Assembly (NCBI GenBank): GCA_020137815.1 | Contig: CM035355.1 | Location: 7,068,001-7,132,000, forward strand | From: Hormiphora californensis | Lineage: Eukaryota > Animalia > Ctenophora | DNA: 64,000 nt | Reading direction: 5' to 3' | Shown here: positions 21,801-35,057 of the stretch, piece after piece | Layout of the letters: the number at the start of each line of letters is the position of its first letter | How positions within the stretch are numbered: the first letter of the stretch is position 1 | Program-made: the position numbers and the translations under genes | The notes under the pieces: model-generated | Told to the model about the DNA's origin: nothing | What the model saw: only the letters and a program-made list of their open reading frames with translations | The model's database searches: none

Positions 21801-24800
21801 GATCTACAGAAAATGTGGGATACCATCATACCACTTATTGCGGTTAGTCCCCGAAACCCCCCAATTGAGGGTCTATCGAGCCGATATCTTCCAAACCCCT
21901 GGACTCTACAACTCTCTTACTTACCTAACTAATAGTCAGTCCATCTCTCTCCTCCTCCTCTGCTACTTCCCTAACCCTCCAAATTTCAGAAAGCAATGGA
22001 CGTGGTATCGAGTGAAACACTTCACATGTGGTTAGCCTGCATTAGCTGGATAGTGGAGGACCGGGATCCCCGGAGGTTTAGTAGGCTCATCAAGGCTGCC
22101 AAGAGCTCCTTTCTGAATGGCCGGACTATCTTCCACGATGCATCGTGAGTAGTGTGATATAGCAGGCCCTCTCTCGGTAACCAATTGTTTTATTGGCACA
22201 TTTGTATTTGGTCTCTTCTCTGGGAGCGGTATGATAGGATCTTACAAAGCCGCCGTAAACTGTTATATTTGGAGAGTAATGCTGAGTAACTCAGGAGTAA
22301 TGCTGTGCTAGCTGCAAAGAAATCATACATGCAACTCCCCCAGGGATAGCACATTATGAGGGATAGATTGATAGATAGATAGATAGAGAGATAGATAGAT
22401 AGAACTTAGAAGTATACCCGAAGTATACATATATCTTCGCGCCCGCTACACAGTGCAGCTAGTCTCAGTCTTCGGTCCTCTTTTGTGAGACTCTACTAAA
22501 ACCCTACTAACAACTGCCCCTCTCTCCTTTTTAGAAACCTCTATCTCCTGGAAACCATATTCTGCCAGTTTGAGTGGAAGTATGCGGAAGGTCTTCACCA
22601 GCTTCTTGCGGAGGTGTCCACCAAGCTGAATATAAATTACAAGAACATCCGAGACAAAATGGGACAGTAAGTGTCAGTTTCTTGCTCGAAATCTAAGAGA
22701 GACGTCCTTTCTTGAGAAGGATAGAATTCTCTCTCCCTCTCACTCCCCTCTCTCTCACCCAGTATAATAAACCGATGTACCGCTGTGGACTACCCCATGA
22801 TGCACGGCACAAGACCAACTATTAGCCCCCGACGGGGCGAGTTCATGTTGAGTGTGTTGCCCCAGATGAAGTCCCTGGATACTGGGCTCTTTGGAACGGA
22901 GTGGGTCGTCGTGGATAGCATCTCCCTAAGTAGGTAGCGTATTGTGTGTATGATAAATTACACTTCAAATCTAGAATCCTGAATCATATCCACTTGTAAC
23001 TTGATGATATAACAAGGTCTTTACAACCCCTGTCTGACAATGCCTCCTTCTTCTCAAGATGATGATAATGATGCGGTAAAGGTGGTAAAAACGATAACAA
23101 GTTGGCTGCTGAACACCCGTTATCTCAACTGTTGTAACACCTCCACAACCCCTGAAATGATGCCCTTCCTATCATATCTCCTTGCTCTTGAGCCAAATGA
23201 GGTATGTTGAGTCGAATTTTTTTACCCCCCTTTTCGTTTTTTGTGCACATGCACAAAATAAATAACCATTTTTTTTGTACTATGAAAATCCAATCACATT
23301 ATAAATATAGTTCATCTAAAAATATATCGTCTCGCTATGAATTGTTCTTTATCGGCTTCTCGTTAGAACAATAGTGCAACCACTCCCATGACCATGATAA
23401 TTGCCACACTTCTTGACACGGCAGAGTTACAGAGATCTTCGGTGCAAATCTTAAACGTGCACGCGTACTGTCCATCAGAATCTTTAGGTGACACCACGCT
23501 CCTACAGTAGGGAAACAAACTGTTAGTCAATCAGATGATTTTTTGGGGAGGTTTGGGTGAATTGTTGGTAGTTTTGTGTAGTGAAATGTACCTGGTGTAG
23601 TCGGAGCACAGGTTTTCCTGATTGGAAGCACCACACGATCGCTGGGTGAAGTTGTAGTTGTCGGACATGACCTGCCACCTGAGACAACTGAAAGAAAAGA
23701 GCGCTCCTTCATAAACACATTTACTGTGCTCCTTCATAAAAACAGTTACCGTGCTCCTTCATAAAAATAATAAACTTACGCGTTGCTTGCTAAGTTTCCT
23801 GCACAATCCTGGGTGGTTTTATTCAAGACATCAAGACATGTTGGAAGGTCGAGTATTCCAGAGATAGGTTTACTGAATTAAAGGTGAACTTTTTTAAGAA
23901 TGGGCCTTAATTTATCTCTTTTTCTTTTTGCATAACATTTTCACCAATATGGTCATATTCATTCATCCATACCCTTTATCATCCGAGGGATAGTTTCCCT
24001 CGATACACGACACGCACTTCAGCGAGAATTCATCATCCTCCGCAACGCTTACCAGCACCAAAGTGCACAGCACAACAACCACACCACGAATAAAGGACAT
24101 ATCAAACTGGGGAAATGGATCATGTTTCAGCCACCTGGGTCTACATAATGCCCCCCTCGAGGTTATGTTACATCGAGTTCATGGCTAGGCTGCGGTGTCT
24201 GAAAAATGATTTCATCGACCCTGGAGTAATATGATTTTTTTTCTCTTTTTTTGGAAGGTATCAGGATGTGTGACTTGCATCCTTCAAAATTTTCAATAAA
24301 AGTAGTCAAACAGAAGAACAAGTCAGGTTTTTTTACAAATCGAACAATCAATAGAAAATGTAAGCGCAGTAATGAAGAACTTCCTACATTCATCACATAA
24401 TATGTGTATGTAATATGTAATATTTTCACATCAAAGCCGGTTGGAACACATCATTCGTCGATTACATCCTTTTCAGTTTTTCATGGTAAAATATTAGGTC
24501 GTTCCACAATGATCGGGACTGAGGCTATACACCACGCTATGCAACCCCCTGAATCAAACTGACGGTACTACCGAGTTAATTAGTTAATTTGAAAGAGAAA
24601 AACTGGTATTAGTTTTGCCGCTACCTGTTTGGTTGCGGAATTAGGGCCAATTTTCAATATCTCGAAATACCCGCCGCCGAAAGGCCAATTATTGACCAAT
24701 TAAGGTACCTTATTATGATCCAAATTTGGTTTAACGCTGGTTGGGATTACTCTTGGACTTAACCGAGCCGTTCGTGTGAAATTCGTTGGCAAATCCCGGT

Positions 24801-27800
24801 TTCATAGCTCAATATCGACAAAAGTTCACAAAAAATAGACGAAAAACGACCCAAAAAAGTGGCAATTTTGAAGCAATTTTTTTAAAACCCAAAACAAAGT
24901 ACAAAAAAGACCATTTAAAGGTTTAAAATGGATGGATTCGCAAAGAGAATCGTTTCAATTAAATTTTTAGCTATCAAGAACTTGTTTTGGAACCACTATG
25001 CGCTGGCAAGGGCCACAGTTTCTTGGAAATTTCTGATTTTTAGCTCTAGTAGGAAATGACTTCTGCGCCGAGCAAAATTGAAATTTGAGGAAAAAAAGTT
25101 CACTAAAGTTTAAGTTCAGACAATTCCTGAACGCCTAGTACTGTTTTCGTTATTGAATTTTGAAATTTTCTGTGACTCAGAGCTTCTTTAAGAAAGTCAC
25201 TTTTTTCATTTTCGGCAGGCAAAAAAGTGAGATTTTTAAAGTGGACTTCCTGGTTCTTACAAAAACGCAACAGGATCTTAACAAAGCTTCTTAGAACAGA
25301 AAAATGTCCCAAAAACACGATGGTGTTGGCAGAATTCCCCTAAGTTGGCTAGTTTTTGAGTTATACCTACAGTCCCGATCATTGTGGAACAACCTAATAT
25401 GTCTTTAATGCAAATTGAACTGTCACCACCACAAAAATTATTGACTCTTAACGGCCGCCGCCACCTCCTCCACCTCCACCGCCGCCACCCCCACCTCCAC
25501 CGCCGCCACCCCCACCTCCACCGCCGCCACCCCCACCTCCACCGCCGCCACCTCCACCTCCACCACCCCCGCCGCCCCGTCCAGCCCCACCACCACCACC
25601 ACCTCCTCCACCCCGACCTCCGCCACCTCCACCCCCACCTCCTCCACCACCTCCTCCACCCCCTCCACCTCCTCCTCCACCTCCTCCACCACTGCATTCA
25701 GATACGAAGATCATGTTTGCCTTGTTGGAAGCACCAATTGATCGCTCGGTAAAGTTATAGTTGCCACCTTGCCACATGAGATACCTGAAAGAAAATAGTG
25801 CTCCTTCATAAACACATTAATACCGTACTCCTTCATAAACACATTAAGGGTACGCTAACCAAAAATTTTTTTCGAGTGCAGGGAAATCTCTCACCGTAGG
25901 GTTGTAGGCCATGCCTAGGAGACCTCAAATATGCAATTTGAGCTCTCAAGTCGAATTCATATTTTTGCTACAGCTGCTTGAAAAATGAACTGTAAATACG
26001 TTTTTGGCATCTCAAAAAAGATTTTTTAAAGATAGGAGCATGAAAATTTGGGGATTTGAAGAGGACATGAAGGTGAATAACCACAAAAAATTCTTTTGCA
26101 ATCCGAGCTGATTTCCGGTCCTGAGATGGATTTCTTTTTTTCCACTTTAACGCCCTATTTGGCAAAGTTCCGAAAACATGTGAAAGCTGTAAATTGGTGA
26201 AAAGTTGCGTCTAACGATTATCTAAGTGGCCATAAATTTTGGGCGTGTCCTTATTTGAGATAAGCTGTACAGAGTTTTTTTTGTGAAAGTCGTCATTTCA
26301 GAAATAAATAAATTCCCTGTATCTCAAAAACGGCTGATCGTAGAGACCTGAGACTATGCTTAAACGATTCAGAAGGTCCGATTTTAGGGGGGTCTTCTGA
26401 GAGACATTTTGCTCCTACTTCAACCGTTTTTGCTGTAATTGCGAAAAACAAAAACCCATCTTCGCCATCGTGGATTTTTTGTGATTTTGTTTTTGGTGAT
26501 TTTAGGGACCCATATGGACCAAATAGTGAAGGAATTAGCTTGTTACACATTTTTCCATAGTTTCGGTCCTTTCTTAGCTAAAATTCCCTAATTACAGGAT
26601 ATTGGAGTTTAGCTTTTGCCCTTTTCATAGAATTTGTTTTTCGCAATTACAGCAAAAACGGTTGAAGTAGGAGCAAAATGTCTCTCAGAAGACCCCCCCA
26701 AAATCGGACCTTCTGAATCGTTTAAGCATAGTCTCAGGTCTCTACGATCAGCCGTTTTTGAGATACAGGGAATTTATTTATTTTTGAAATGACGACTTTC
26801 ACAAAAAAAACTCTGTATAGCTTATCTCAAATAAGGACACGCCCAAAATTTATGGCCACTTAGATAATCGTTAGACGCAACTTTTCACCAATTTACAGCT
26901 TTCACATGTTTTCGGAACTTTGCCAAATAGGGCGTTAAAGTGGAAAAAAAGAAATCCATCTCAGGAGCGGAAATCAGCTCGGATTGCAAAAAAAATTTTT
27001 GTGGTTATTCACCTTCATGTCCTCTTCAAATCCCCAAATTTTCATGCTCCTATCTTTAAAAATTTTTTTTGAGATGCCAAAAACGTATTTACAGTTCATT
27101 TTTCAAGCAGCTGTAGCAAAAATATGAATTCGACTTGAGAGCTCAAATTGCATATTTGAGGTCTCCTAGGCATGGCCTACAACCCTACGGTGAGAGATTT
27201 CCCTGCACTCGAAAAAAAATTTTGGTTAGCGTACCCTTAATACCTTAAAACTATCAATTAACTTACGCATTTCGCGAGAATTCCTCTTCCACTGCGCCGC
27301 TTGCTAGCACCAAGTAGCCCATTATATTCAACAAGCTTTGAAACACGAAAGAAAAATTTCGAAGTTTGAAAATGTCAATGAATAACTGCAGTCACCTGGG
27401 GTTTTAAAACCCAGAGCACTGGGTCATATGATTTTTAATTCAATATTGGATGGCCGATTCGATTACATATATATGCAAAAGTCACAGCTTTCTTCTTTAC
27501 GGCGGGGTGATACTCTTGATAAGTCTGGTCGCAGCTGCTCAAAAGTTACGTTACTTCACACTGTAAAATTTGATTTAGATGAACAGGAGTTACAATTCTA
27601 ATTATCCCCTAATTATCTTTTAATTATGATTATTCCCAGGTTGATGAAGATTTGAAGAGCTTGTGTTCTCGGGCACTCTTTTACATGAGCAAAGATCATC
27701 TTAACGAGATCTCTATTGAACCTGCTCTGGAAGCTATCACTAAGGTATAATAACACCCGTACACCCGTACATTCTATCTAGATTTGTGCACCTGGCACAA

Positions 27801-29551
27801 TCCCATCACCTCCACCCCTCGTTCAACACAACCCCATCATTGGTTTCGAAGTCACCCCTATTATTATAGCGCCAAACCCCATCACTAGGTGGTATCAAGT
27901 ACGAGTGAGGAGGAGAGAACAGTGGGATGTACCTGGCAGGCAAAGTGTACCGCTCTCGTGTACCTCCAGGTAATTTAGCTGTTATCAAATACTACTACTG
28001 CAGTGCGTTCATTCTTACTAAATTATTACGACGAAATTTACAAATGAGTTTTGAACTAGTAGCACTTTTCAATTAAATGTAGTAGCAATAATAACTCATT
28101 CAGGTCATGTGTTTCGCCAACTTGTTCATCCTACGTCAATACCCGGAAGCTGTTGAGAAAATCAAGGCCTTACTCTTCAAGTGTATTGAATCACCACAAG
28201 TCGAGGTAAGCAGCTCACTTGATCTACCAAACCCTCACAGAGAGAAATAAATACAGTGTGAGCTACACAAAGCTTTACTTGTCTAGTCCAAACCAGAATT
28301 CACAGTTGCTTTACTCATTTACTGCATACCAGCTCCTAGTCAAATGTTTCTAGCATATCAATTTATTCTACTGTTTTTCCAAATATATGCATCCTATAAA
28401 ACACCACAAAAGCCATATGATGATACCACTCTAAACTCTCTCTCCCTCTCTGTCAGGTGAGACAGGTAGCTGGCCAGACCATTGGAGGTCTCCTAAGAAC
28501 ACGGCTATTCCCTGACATGGCAGGGATTATTGGGGAACTAAAGGTCCTTGCCAAGACCCCCTTACCAAAGGGAACTAAAAAGGGGCAAACAGGTTAGTTG
28601 ACAAGTGTTTTATGGGTCATAGCATTGGTCTGGAAGATCTTTTTCCAGAATCTGTCTGGGCGGCAACCCGATCTGAGTGAGAATCAAAACGGGGTATGGC
28701 ACCGCTAGACAGACCAACATAAACCCACTCACTGAATAACTCCATTTGTAAAAGTGCTCACCACGCACTCTTGTATCCATTACACCACCACCACCGCTCC
28801 CGTTTGTTGTTGTTCTACTGTCAGGCAAATGCTCTGACCACAGTTCTCGTGCTCTTATTTGAGAGACATGAGGATAGGGTCAGGCCAATGCTCTGAAAGT
28901 TGTTCTACGAATATATTCTCTCCCAGATATCAGAGAGATCTGGATAAGACATGGAGCGATCAAGACCCTGTGTGATCTAGTCCGGGCCTACCCGTACACA
29001 GTGCCCGAGTGGCTGCCTGATGTGACCGTCTTTCTGGCTAACTTCACCCGCGGCAACCACATGATAGCGGTAAGTAACATAGCTTGCAGGAACCGACCGA
29101 ATCAGGATATACTGGCCGCTGATTGGCTGATAACCAGTCACGTGACCTAAATAATGAGTTCTGATTGGTTGTTTACTTGTTTCGGTCGGTTCCTGGAAAA
29201 TTACATAGCTTGGCTGATGTCTTAGTAGTTATTATGAATTTTGAATTGTTTGCATTTTCAATACGCTCCCCCAATTATAGAGCTACCCGACGCAGCCTTG
29301 TCCATCAGCTCCCCACATTATTTTAGAAACCTCCAGAGAGAGAGAGATTACTAACCACTTGAGTCGCCTGGCACATTGACACAATTCAACTAACCACCCG
29401 ATATTTTCCCCAGAACGAGGTTAAGAAGTGCATGTCGGACTTCAAGAGGACACATCTGGACAGCTGGCACGAGGAACACAAGCTCAAGTTCACAGAGGAG
29501 CAGCTCGGCCTTCTCCAGGGGCTTCTTGTGGCTCCCAATTATTACGCCTAA
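15893..29551 (+). CDS. PSME4: Proteasome activator complex subunit 4 (PA200/Blm10), multi-exon; the first ~4 exons lie on the - strand at ~13650-14798
   Basis: Exons encode YFPEGCTQQMLDEWMPLICP, IGKIDWEPYVPW, a ~2-kb exon (17637-19708), LVRAYPYTVPEWLP and the diagnostic C-terminus SDFKRTHLDSWHEEHKLKFTEEQL...APNYYA* (HbYX motif). Confidence 0.93.
20423..20838. repeat. Intronic G-rich minisatellite, ~36-bp unit, ~11 copies
   Basis: Tandem GGGGAGAAGGGTCGGTGATAATGGGGGACAGGGGAG. Confidence 0.95.
23363..24100 (-). CDS. Ly6/uPAR (three-finger, Quiver/Sleepless-like) GPI-anchored protein, 4 exons, nested antisense in a PSME4 intron
   Basis: Spliced ORF MSFIRGVVVVLCTLVLVSVAEDDEFSLKCVSCIEG...PTCLDV...QDCAGNLASNACLRWQV...QRSCGASNQENLCSDY...YACTFKICTEDLCNSAVSRSVAIIMVMGVVALLF*. 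It has a signal peptide, 10 Cys, an LxCxxC start, a CxxDxCN end and a hydrophobic GPI-signal tail. All three splice junctions keep the frame. Confidence 0.85.
24494..25397. mobile_element. Tc1/mariner-like non-autonomous element (~0.9 kb)
   Basis: ~28-bp TIRs TTAGGT(C/T)GTTCCACAATGATCGGGACTG, flanked by TA on both sides. No transposase ORF. Confidence 0.8.
25448..27322 (-). pseudogene. Degenerate Ly6 paralogue ending in a ~80-residue poly-glycine tract (2 exons)
   Basis: Exon 1 (MGYLVLASGAVEEEFSRNA) splices in frame to YLMWQGGNYNFTERSIGASNKANMIFVSECS(G)nR*. It is homologous to CLRWQVMSDNYNFTQRSCGASNQENLC, and the intron repeat TTTATGAAGGAGCAC is shared with the intact gene. Confidence 0.65.
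25848..27236. mobile_element. Palindromic MITE with TTAA target-site duplication (Kolobok-like), ~1.39 kb
   Basis: Near-perfect ~600-bp TIRs beginning GGGTACGCTAACC, a ~180-bp spacer, TTAA on both sides and RR...YY termini. Confidence 0.85.
29087..29195. mobile_element. ~110-bp miniature inverted-repeat element in a PSME4 intron
   Basis: TIRs CAGGAACCGACCGAA / TTCGGTCGGTTCCTG, with internal CCAAT boxes and the palindrome GTCACGTGAC. It resembles a high-copy Pleurobrachia repeat from memory, unverified. Confidence 0.7.
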
Positions 29552-30968
29552 TGTACTGTTTGGTTGGTCCGTGGCGCCCTGTGACCCTGGCATGAAGAGG
29601 CCAACAATATATATAGTGACTGTCAGAGTGACGAAAAACATTTAGATATAACAATCCGGGGTATAAACATTTAGATATAAGAATGGGGTATAAACTTTCC
29701 AGAGAAAGATCAGTTTAGAATGATATTTAGTGTTATAGCTATGTTGAAGTTTAAGGTGGTTTTGTTGTAGTATGTGTCATATATATCTAATATATAGCCT
29801 CAACTCATTTTAGTACCGCTTTTTAGGGCAAGATCACTTTTATCTCAATACATTAATTCAAATCTATAATATTAATATGCAACAAAGTTATATTTCTTAA
29901 AAATGTAAAACGCTTAGTTTTTTATTCCAAAAGCAAGCATGATAATTAACAGTAGACGTATGAGCTCTCGATTGCATTACACGGTTATTAAAATACATGT
30001 TTAATAAGCCGGGTCCAAATATAAATTCCCCTTTTTGAATTGAAAAATGGTTTTATCTTGATCTATTCTGATGTGCGATCTTATCTAGGGTATCTGTGTG
30101 TCGTGTTATCTGTTAGTTTCTTGATAGTAAGTGGGTTATATGTGTTGTTGTAACAAAACGGATCTCGCTGTTTCCTAATAAACCGATTCGTTTGTGATGA
30201 TGTGCCAATTCCATGCTGCCTTGAGGTGCCAGACCTGTTTTGATTGCCAAATCGGGCCGGCGCCCGATGCCATGGCGTTTTACAAGTGCACATGAAGAAA
30301 AGAGAAAAGTATTGTTGGTTTGAGAATCGTGAAATGTATTTGTCATGGTTTTCAGTTGCTGAAGATTATTGATAAACAGTTTGTGTTTAATTTGTAAAAC
30401 GGTTCCGGAAAACTGGAAGACATAATGCGCGGAATGGTTTTGCGCGTCCCCAAAACGCGCGGCGTTTAATCAAATTCATGCATCGTTTTTGAAACGACTT
30501 TTTTAGATCTCGTCGTCACATTTTCTGGCACACGTGCGAGATGACGAGATGTTGGTGAATGGTACAGGATAGTTGGGACTCGAAAATGGTGTGTGTTGTA
30601 CTTGATAGAGCCTAGAATGACCCCAATCATGAACCCATATGGCCCAACTTACCAGAGGTTAAATATTCCGTTTTGACAACAACTCATTGAGTCACAAAAC
30701 GGTTTTGTGACTCAATGAGTTCCGTTTTCCGGGTCGATAACTGATAACCCATGTCCCAAGAGCTAATCATAATCTTCACAAGGACAAAAATCATATTGCC
30801 GTGAACTGTGAAGGCGTGAAACACCACAAGCTGTTTAACGTGGCCCTCCGTATGTGAGGTGATGTGAGCTGATGCATGGCAGCATTCTCGCCTGCAGGCT
30901 GCTGCAGTGGTTTAAACTTTTTCATGAACAAGCACGCAGGACGAGATAGTTTTTAAGAAATGTACAGA

Positions 30969-31218
<250 letters not shown>

Positions 31219-31704
31219 ACGAAAGTTTATCTTTCCCCATTACTGACAACCCCTTAGTTTGGTAATTATCCATGTTTTTAGATTGATTCCACGCACACTG
31301 ACGTACATCGAGAGCCCCTGAGGAAGTTACTGGTTTGAAGGAAAAATTAGGGAATTTTAGTTTTTTTTGGTATAACCTCAGTTGAATGGAAGAAAAAAAG
31401 GACTGTTATGGAAATACTGCTGTTTCATTTACCTGTCTGGCGGCACCGACCCGATCTGAGTGCACTGCGAAGTGCGAAGTATGAGTTTTGTTAATCAAAA
31501 CGGGGTCTAGGGCCGCCAGAAAGTCATTCGATAGGTTCCCTAGTTTAGCCAATCATGGATTAGTAATCCGTTCGTTTCTTCGATTTTAATGAACAACTTT
31601 ATATACTCACCATAAGTATGTGTTATCTAAATCTCTCAAAAGTATAAAAATCTACAAAAGTGATCTAAGTACTTAAATCTCTCCAAATTACAGAACTCTT
31701 TCTC

Positions 31705-33966
31705 TCACACCTCTTGAGGGGGCTCGAGGTCGTACTTTTTCTTTTCCCCCGCAGTTGCCGAGGGTTCCCCATTTGTTGCCCACGCTGCGCCGACCTGTTT
31801 CACAAGAGACGTCTTTTTCCTAATACTCATATCCCTTAGCTGCATTTTCTCTCGTCTGTCCAAGAGACACATTGCAACGATGAGGAATACAGTGGCAATT
31901 ATCAACACAATAGGTAGAATGTGGGCCCCCTCACTACTGGTACCTCCATCCCACAAGCTAGAACAGTTGACTACAAGTGGCATTGAACAGACATGATCCC
32001 CGATCACTGTGTATTTGCAGTCTTCTTCTGTATCTGCGTTCTCACAATCGAGCTCCTTCCAGCCATAATCACTGCCATACAACTGGTCGTCAAAGTTATA
32101 GCCAGTGGTGTTGGTTACTTGGTTGTACGTCTCATAACCAAGGAATCTGGCGGGAGGTAAAAAGGAAATTTTAGCTCAATGTTGCTCGTGATTTTATTTA
32201 GCACGACAATAAACCATCAAGAGGCGGGAGTCCACAGTATACTGGGAGTCTACAAGGCCTCATCTTACCGTGTGTGCATAACTAAAGCTCTTGCTGTACA
32301 CCCGCACCGCTCTTATAATGCGGAGTATCAGAGATCCCTCAAGTCTCATTTAGAGTCATTTAAAGGGCCTAAAAACCCAAATTTTAGTTAATTATTTTGA
32401 ACACTTCATCGTAATAAGCATGCTATTGGAGTCCCAAAAAGCATAGGCACACGCCACATGGACCCCAGGTGAGCCCAGGGGGAGCCCCTCAAGTTGGGGC
32501 CCATTTGGGGTCCCCTTGTAAACGCGCTTGTACTCCTTGAAATGCTAACAATATGATCCTCTCTCAAATATAAAATTTAGGATAGAAATGATCCTTGTGT
32601 TTTAGTAGATTTCATAATCTTTCTCATCAATTATTATTTAAGCCTATCAAAACTAGGAGAAAAATTACCAGAATACAGAGACAAGAAAGATTATGTACTC
32701 ACCTGTAACACAAGGATAAATTTACCCAAAACTTCAAATTTGAGAGAGGATCATATTGTTAGCATTTCAAGGAGTACAAGCGCGTTTACAAGGGGACCCC
32801 AACTGGGCCCCAACTTGAGGGACTCCCCCTGGGCTCACCTTTGGTCCGTGGGGCGTGTACCTATGTTTTTTGGGACTCCAATAGCATGCTTGTTACGATG
32901 TAGTGTTCAAAATAAATAAATAAAATTTGGGTTTTTAGGCCCTTTAACTAAGACTAATATGTGCTTGTGTAATGTGTATAGCAGCAAAGCCATCATTATT
33001 ACATAACAATTCCTTGCAATTTCATAGCCATGCTATCCGACGACTAACTGTATATTATTCTCGGATATATTCACATTTTCAGTGAGGCACTCCCAAAACA
33101 ACTCATTCGCCATGATAGTAGTGGTTGACCATTGCGTGTAAATAATGCATAGCTTAGTAAACATAATAATAAACATCTGGCTACCGCTCAGCACCATAAG
33201 AATTGCATTGGAGGCGGACCTAGCACCATAAGAATTGCATCTCAGCTCACTGTCGCACAAAGAATCAAAAATCAGTATTTAACATGTGGAGGGAGCACTT
33301 ACATGCAGATAACGTAGAGGTTGTCATCAGTATAGGATGAATCACCACACACTCTGGTGTAACCATCATCTGACGATCCAGCTACTATCTGAGCTATAAA
33401 ACTATCATTCGTTGTATACGTTGCATCTTTATCGTAGAGAAAATCTGTCGAGAAGAAATATTGTGGACGGTGTCGTAGTGAACGGACGGTGTCAATTATA
33501 GCTAATCTTCTCCGTTGAGACTTAAAATAATGGGTCCTTACTCCCTGGGTTGTTAATTTCGGAATACTAATAACTAATGATTCCAAAAGTTTAGATCGGT
33601 TAAATTATAACGGCGATATAATTCCCTCTATCTCTGTAAGCTCTGATCTCGTGCAATGAGTTCATACATTCTCCAGAACTAAGATCTCTCTCCTTCTCTT
33701 AGTACAACATCGCACTTGTGGCTAATGAAATTATACCTGTACATAACACAGTGGTACACAGAACCGCCGATAGTACTGCTAACGATATCCCACGTTGTAA
33801 TATCCTGCAAAGGGTGAATCTATTAGGGCACGGAAGGCAAAGATTCAAAATAATGTATATCTGGAGGATAAATGGAACCACACAGAGGGATTGATCAATT
33901 AAGACCTAAAACAACAGGTCCTCACATAGTCAAACAGAGTAAATATTTAAAAGTTCAATCTTACAT
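31705..33966 (-). CDS. Type I membrane protein with a single divergent SRCR-like domain
   Basis: The start codon is split as AT|G across an intron (33965/33804). Signal peptide MILQRGISLAVLSAVLCTTVLCT. Exon 33444-33303 reads ...YTRVCGDSSYTDDNLYVIC. Exon 32145-31705 reads FLGY...WKELDCENADTEEDC...VCSMPLVVNCS, then a TM (ILPIVLIIATVFLIVAMCLL) and a short tail. The Cys spacing and the VIC-x-x-LGY pattern fit SRCR. Confidence 0.7.
32364..32943. mobile_element. Palindromic TTAA-flanked MITE (Kolobok-like), 580 bp, intronic
   Basis: ~210-bp TIRs beginning AGGGCCTAAAAACCC, with TTAA on both sides. Confidence 0.8.
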
Positions 33967-34809
33967 GATTAAAAAGCTGTGGGCTGGTCACAGCTGGATA
34001 TCCGGCGTAGTAGTTTGAACAAGGAGTCACTGGTGTTGCGGCAATGTGACCAGAGTGTAAGCATGCTAGTACATGTGTGTGTGTGTGTGTGTGCTTGAGA
34101 GAAGCTGAAATACAGAAAGAAAGATAGAGAGATATAGATATAGAAAGAGAGTGAGATAGAGAGAAGATGCGATGAAAAGATAGAAAGAATACGACGAAAA
34201 AAAGAAGCATTACATGATCCCTTGGAAACCATTATACAATCTTTAAGTCTTTAAATAAGAAGAATCTGAGGTTTTAGAAAAACCAAGCAGCTGGAAACGG
34301 GAGAGCACCTGTCAGGCGAATGCTCTGACCACTGTCCTCGCGTGCGGGTCAAGCCGATGTACAGTAGACTAATAAAAGAAGGAATTATTGTCCTCAGTCA
34401 CAATACAGAGATTGACTCATTCAATGAGTGAGAAAAGAAAGAACTGCGGGAGTGTGTTCGTGAGAAGCGGCATAAGGAGGCCGAGGTGGTGAGATGATGA
34501 GAAAACAAAAGCAATAAAACAAAGAATTAGGGCAGGTATAAAACTGTTCAACAAACTCCTTATCATATTACACTAATCTGAGAGTAACAACAGCAACTGT
34601 GATTCCAGCACAGACTACTCTATATTGAGGAGATCGTTGTTGAGTAACCCTTTACTCAACAAGGAGATGTGTGAGATCAATTGATATTGCAGCTAGTAAA
34701 ATGAGGTCTTTGATCTCTCACACAGACAATCAGGTGATCGTCATAATATGGGCTGTTGTGCGTGGGCGCTCTTATTCTCACGTCTCAAGCTGCTCGAGCT
34801 GGAGCTAAC

Positions 34810-34823
34810 CCTCTCTCTCCATC

Positions 34824-34903
<80 letters not shown>

Positions 34904-34964
34904 CCTCATCACGCTGATTGCCTCAAAAAGAGCATCTAAGATCAGGGTAGTAAGGATTACCGAC

Positions 34965-35030
<66 letters not shown>

Positions 35031-35057
35031 AGAGTGAGAGAGAGAGAGAGAGAGAGA
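34810..35057. repeat. Opposed (CT)n and (GA)n microsatellites
   Basis: (CT)n at ~34810-34900 and (GA)n at ~34967-35057. Confidence 0.9.

Larger units (their letters stand above)
15252..24457 (+). repeat. Right arm of the inverted duplication (copy with intact ORFs)
   Basis: Reverse complement of 4218-13308. The long PSME4 exon and the Ly6 gene are in frame in this arm. Confidence 0.95.

Noticed and set aside
25278-25752. His-rich, Trp/Arg-rich and Val/Glu-rich ORFs
   Set aside because: Alternative frames of the GGN tract. Only the Gly frame continues the homologous exon.
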